Of a stretch of 38,348 nt of DNA, positions 35,753 to 38,348 are shown piece after piece. Both the position numbers and the translations under genes were made by a program. This stretch comes from a virus. Its lineage: Duplodnaviria; Caudoviricetes. Position 1 is the first letter of the stretch. Each line of letters opens with the position of its first letter. The notes below the pieces were generated by a model that was not told where the DNA came from, searched no databases, and saw only the letters and a program-made list of their open reading frames with translations. The stretch is taken from IMG/VR virus record IMGVR_UViG_3300020399_000005, positions 1-38,348 of that record. The stretch is one strand, 5' to 3'.

Positions 35753-36595
35753 TCAACTGGTACAGGACCGTTGGTTAGGCGGTGTCCATTCTTCGTAAAG
35801 AGTCCTGTTTCCTTTAGATGCGTTGCACGAGAAACAGCAAGGCACAAGGTTTTCCATAACGTCGTCGCCGCCTTTAGTGATTGGAACAACATGGTCACCG
35901 ACTGACGTTTTCCAGTCGTGTTTCCATTGGCGATACCAAGCGTCACAATAGGTGCAACGCTTGGGGTCTATGCCTTGAGACTTCCAATAGGCGTGAAGTT
36001 CAGAAAGAGTGTGACCATCAGCAGTCGTTTTGTGTTTACGGGCACGATATATTGACGATTGAACGCTGTTTTTTTGGTTAAACAAAACAGGATCTGAAGC
36101 TTTACGTTTAGCTATGTTCCTTCTGGTTCTTTCGGTCCAAACCTCTTTGTTGGCTTCATAATTTGCTTTTGACTCAGCATTCTTTCTTTCTTTATTTTCT
36201 AAATACCATCTTCGCTGGGTTTCTTTTTGCCGTTTTACGTTTTCGGGGTTGCTGAAATACTCTTTATTGTATTCCTTTCGTTGCTCCCGATATTTGGGAT
36301 CTTTCATCCGCCTCTGATCGTTTTTTCGGGCTAGTTCACGAACACGCTCGGGGTTAGCTTCACGCCACGCTTTGCTTTTTTGTTTCTGTTCTAAAGCTTT
36401 TTCAGGATTAGCAAGGTAATACTCTCTTTTCCACTGGTTTATTTTTTCTTTGTTTCGTTGGTAATGCCGTGCTCTTGCCTCTTTGCAACGATCTGTTTTC
36501 CTGTATCCCTTTGCGTATTGTTCAAGATGTTCTTTATTTTTTTCTCTCCATTCTTTATTGTTTCTGCGTCTATCTTCAGGATTTTTATAGGGCAT
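35753..36595 (-). CDS. HNH endonuclease with long basic repeat N-terminus
   Basis: CTYC...GDHVVPITKGG...NLVPCCFSCNASKG; repeated (Y/W)xxxN(P/K)E helical units. Confidence 0.9.
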   Translation of the reverse strand: MPYKNPEDRRRNNKEWREKNKEHLEQYAKGYRKTDRCKEARARHYQRNKEKINQWKREYYLANPEKALEQKQKSKAWREANPERVRELARKNDQRRMKDPKYREQRKEYNKEYFSNPENVKRQKETQRRWYLENKERKNAESKANYEANKEVWTERTRRNIAKRKASDPVLFNQKNSVQSSIYRARKHKTTADGHTLSELHAYWKSQGIDPKRCTYCDAWYRQWKHDWKTSVGDHVVPITKGGDDVMENLVPCCFSCNASKGNRTLYEEWTPPNQRSCTS

Positions 36596-36931
36596 TTACT
36601 TGTACCTCCCACAAGTCCATAAGGCCCACCCTCCACGGGTGTTCTCGTGTATGTAGTGCGCCATCCATGTTGACTGCACCACTTCGTATCGTTTCGGCCA
36701 GTGCCTTTCAAACACATGGCCCCAATAATGTTCGTTTATTTGAAACAAGCCGTGATCTACCCCGTTATAGGCACGGGGATTGTGTAGCGACTCGCACCAC
36801 GCCACCCCCAGTGCCCTCACGCAGTCGTCTACGAAGAATTCGCATACGACCTCAGGAATCTCAGGGTTAGGTGGCTCATGGTTCACCGAAGCGAAGTCAA
36901 GGATTGTCCATATGGCTATCCAAAGGTTCAT
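36596..36931 (-). CDS. lysozyme-like / Rpf-like transglycosylase
   Basis: VAWCES (catalytic Glu), GLFQI...W, GGWALWTC; hydrophobic N-terminus; ATGA overlap at 36928-36931. Confidence 0.75.
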   Translation of the reverse strand: MNLWIAIWTILDFASVNHEPPNPEIPEVVCEFFVDDCVRALGVAWCESLHNPRAYNGVDHGLFQINEHYWGHVFERHWPKRYEVVQSTWMAHYIHENTRGGWALWTCGRYK

Positions 36932-37212
36932 CGTAAAGGGTGATCCTCCCTGTCTGCCCCATACAACATCCACACCGCCGTCGGCAGCTTCAAGTCATAT
37001 GAAATAGCATGACACCAACCGTCATACCCATAGTTGTTGAAGTTCTTGACAGCAACAACAAAGGGTGCATTAGGAAACGCACACATCTCAGGTGGGCGTT
37101 TCACCAATATCCTGTACATCCCATCGAAAGGATCATCAGGATACATCTTGTCCCTCTCAATGATTGGATAACCATTAGAGGTAAGTGGCTTATCGTGTTC
37201 CAACACAATCAC
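36928..37212 (-). CDS. hypothetical protein
   Basis: GGGAG SD before GTG; ORF track. Confidence 0.6.
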   Translation of the reverse strand: MIVLEHDKPLTSNGYPIIERDKMYPDDPFDGMYRILVKRPPEMCAFPNAPFVVAVKNFNNYGYDGWCHAISYDLKLPTAVWMLYGADREDHPLR

Positions 37213-37351
37213 GCTCCCATTCGTTAGTGTTCGGATTCATTACTTGCACGTTCCAACCAGTCTTGGTTCGGTTGTCACGCTTGGCTACTCGCAGCCATTG
37301 GTTGCGGCGATGTTTCCGCAACTTCTTTCTATTCTGAGCAGTCTTACTCAT
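37190..37351 (-). CDS. hypothetical basic protein
   Basis: MSKTAQNRKKLRKHRR..., start chosen at 37351. Confidence 0.5.
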   Translation of the reverse strand: MSKTAQNRKKLRKHRRNQWLRVAKRDNRTKTGWNVQVMNPNTNEWERDCVGTR

Positions 37352-37553
37352 TTTCTTTCCCCCAATCGTAGGGTCGGCCATACGGCTGACCCATATGTGT
37401 ACGGTCCAACTGATCCTGTGTGCGTAGCACCCAGTACTCGTGATCAGCCATCTCTTTCTTGTGAGCTTTGTATGCCCACATCCCAACGAACACGCAAACA
37501 CACAGAAGTATGAATGCGGCACCCATCGGTGTTATCCAAGGCCATGTAATCAT
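37344..37553 (-). CDS. hypothetical membrane protein
   Basis: GGAG SD; one TM helix. Confidence 0.65.
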   Translation of the reverse strand: MITWPWITPMGAAFILLCVCVFVGMWAYKAHKKEMADHEYWVLRTQDQLDRTHMGQPYGRPYDWGKENE

Positions 37554-37565
37554 GGCTCTCCTCTC

Positions 37566-37589
37566 CCTGACCTAGGTGCCTAGGTCAGA
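37566..37589 (-). repeat. ACCTAG-N4-CTAGGT hairpin copy 3
   Basis: - strand TCTGACCTAG-gcac-CTAGGTCAGG, overlapping the upstream stop codon and abutting the SD. Confidence 0.9.
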
Positions 37590-37803
37590 CTTCGTTAAAC
37601 AAACTAAGTAACAATCCTTTGACCCTCACCAAACGGTAAGACTCAGGTATGTCGCGCCTGTCTTCATGCACGCCCATGTCCACGTGGTGCTCGCAGTACC
37701 CGTAGACGTTCCCATCCACAGGCCGTTGAAACCACACAACATCACCAGAACAATCGCCAGTGAAACTGACGTTGCACCTTCCTAACCCAAAGCGATGTCC
37801 CAT
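37585..37803 (-). CDS. hypothetical protein
   Basis: GGAGG SD; C...C...CEHH motif. Confidence 0.6.
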   Translation of the reverse strand: MGHRFGLGRCNVSFTGDCSGDVVWFQRPVDGNVYGYCEHHVDMGVHEDRRDIPESYRLVRVKGLLLSLFNEV

Positions 37804-37805
37804 AT

Positions 37806-37994
37806 CTATGACCTCCCAAATACTTGATCCGACCAGCGGATAGCATCCTGTAATGCTCTGACGTTCTGAATTATTAGTTCGTCCATCAAATCGTTAGAAT
37901 CAACGAACTGAATTAACTTTCCGTGACGTTCCTTGATGGCAACTACAGCGCCAATGTAGAACTCCACGGGCATTGCTTCCTCCAAGCCCTCCAT
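37806..37994 (-). CDS. hypothetical protein (first early gene)
   Basis: GGGAG SD; downstream of promoter 38103-38131. Confidence 0.6.
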   Translation of the reverse strand: MEGLEEAMPVEFYIGAVVAIKERHGKLIQFVDSNDLMDELIIQNVRALQDAIRWSDQVFGRS

Positions 37995-38030
37995 AATGTC
38001 TCCCTTCCGAGTAGCTTGACAACCTCCGCC

Positions 38031-38054
38031 TCCAACCTAGGTCCCTAGGTCGGA
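38031..38054 (-). repeat. ACCTAG-N4-CTAGGT hairpin copy 4
   Basis: - strand TCCGACCTAG-ggac-CTAGGTTGGA (one G-U). Confidence 0.9.
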
Positions 38055-38068
38055 TCTCGCAGAGGGTG

Positions 38069-38096
38069 TGATGGAGAGGCTCTACCCTCCCCATCA
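38069..38096 (-). other. 5' leader hairpin
   Basis: TGATGGGGAGG-gtagag-CCTCTCCATCA beginning at the predicted TSS. Confidence 0.6.
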
Positions 38097-38102
38097 ACAA
38101 CA

Positions 38103-38131
38103 AGCGTATCACCAATCCCCAACTCGGTCAA
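38103..38131 (-). promoter_or_regulatory. SigA-type early promoter
   Basis: TTGACC-N17-TACGCT with TGn extended -10 (GGTGATA shared with the 35.7 kb promoter). Confidence 0.65.
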
Positions 38132-38201
38132 TAGTATGCGGACCCTAATAGTGCTGGAAACTTAAAAGTATACCGACCCAAAACAGCCCAAAAACCCGAG
38201 T

Positions 38202-38225
38202 TGCAACCTAGGTGCCTAGGTTACA
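38202..38225 (-). repeat. ACCTAG-N4-CTAGGT hairpin copy 5
   Basis: - strand TGTAACCTAG-gcac-CTAGGTTGCA (one G-U). Confidence 0.9.
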
Positions 38226-38230
38226 TTCCC

Positions 38231-38347
38231 CACAGGGCGACCCAAGCCCGACCCAGCCATCACAGGGCGACCCCCCACGGCACACCCATCCTTCACTATC
38301 AGATCTCCCCGAACCGCACACGGCATATATTTGAATTCACTATCAGA
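38231..38347. repeat. cluster of short direct repeats
   Basis: CACAGGGCGACCC x2 (38231, 38261); CACGGCA x2 (38276, 38319); TTCACTATCAGA x2 (38292, 38336). Confidence 0.85.
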
Positions 38348-38348
38348 C

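Noticed and set aside
35674-35760. Full-length tRNA gene or tRNA attP site
   Set aside because: No D arm or 7-nt anticodon loop at canonical spacing; no integrase recognised in the window.
34593-38225. CRISPR array from the palindromic repeats plus a Cas4-like gene
   Set aside because: Repeats are dispersed with genes between them and have no regular spacers; Cas4-like exonucleases are common in phage replication modules.

Overview
This window looks like a complete or near-complete ~38 kb genome of a short-tailed (podovirus-like) dsDNA phage. The host is probably an actinobacterium, inferred from a PGRP-type amidase endolysin, an r1t-like holin, GP88- and DUF932-like genes, an Rpf-like muramidase and TANNNT promoters. 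The + strand (0.4-26.2 kb) carries the packaging, head, tail, ejection and lysis genes: terS, a large terminase split into separate ATPase and nuclease genes, portal, scaffold, major capsid, adaptor, nozzle, fibres, a 2259-aa internal virion protein, endolysin and holin. One antisense 2OG-Fe(II) oxygenase interrupts this block. The - strand (26.2-38.0 kb) carries early and replication genes: a sigma region-4-like regulator, nucleases, RusA, an AEP primase, a DnaB-like helicase, a Cas4-like exonuclease, endonuclease VII, HNH and many small ORFs. I recognised no DNA polymerase, RNA polymerase, integrase, reverse transcriptase, CRISPR array or full tRNA. The most interesting unexplained signals are: (i) five covarying ACCTAG-N4-CTAGGT hairpins in the early region, two of them inside promoter/5'-hairpin/palindrome/SD cassettes; (ii) a 44-nt mini-tRNA-like fold overlapping a consensus promoter; (iii) a recurring TGGGACA-N14/15-TAG candidate late promoter, with a phage sigma-4-like protein as candidate activator; (iv) a free-standing 52-aa peptide resembling the redox C-terminal tail of ribonucleotide reductase alpha. 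All protein calls come from motif recognition by eye, and no searches were run.
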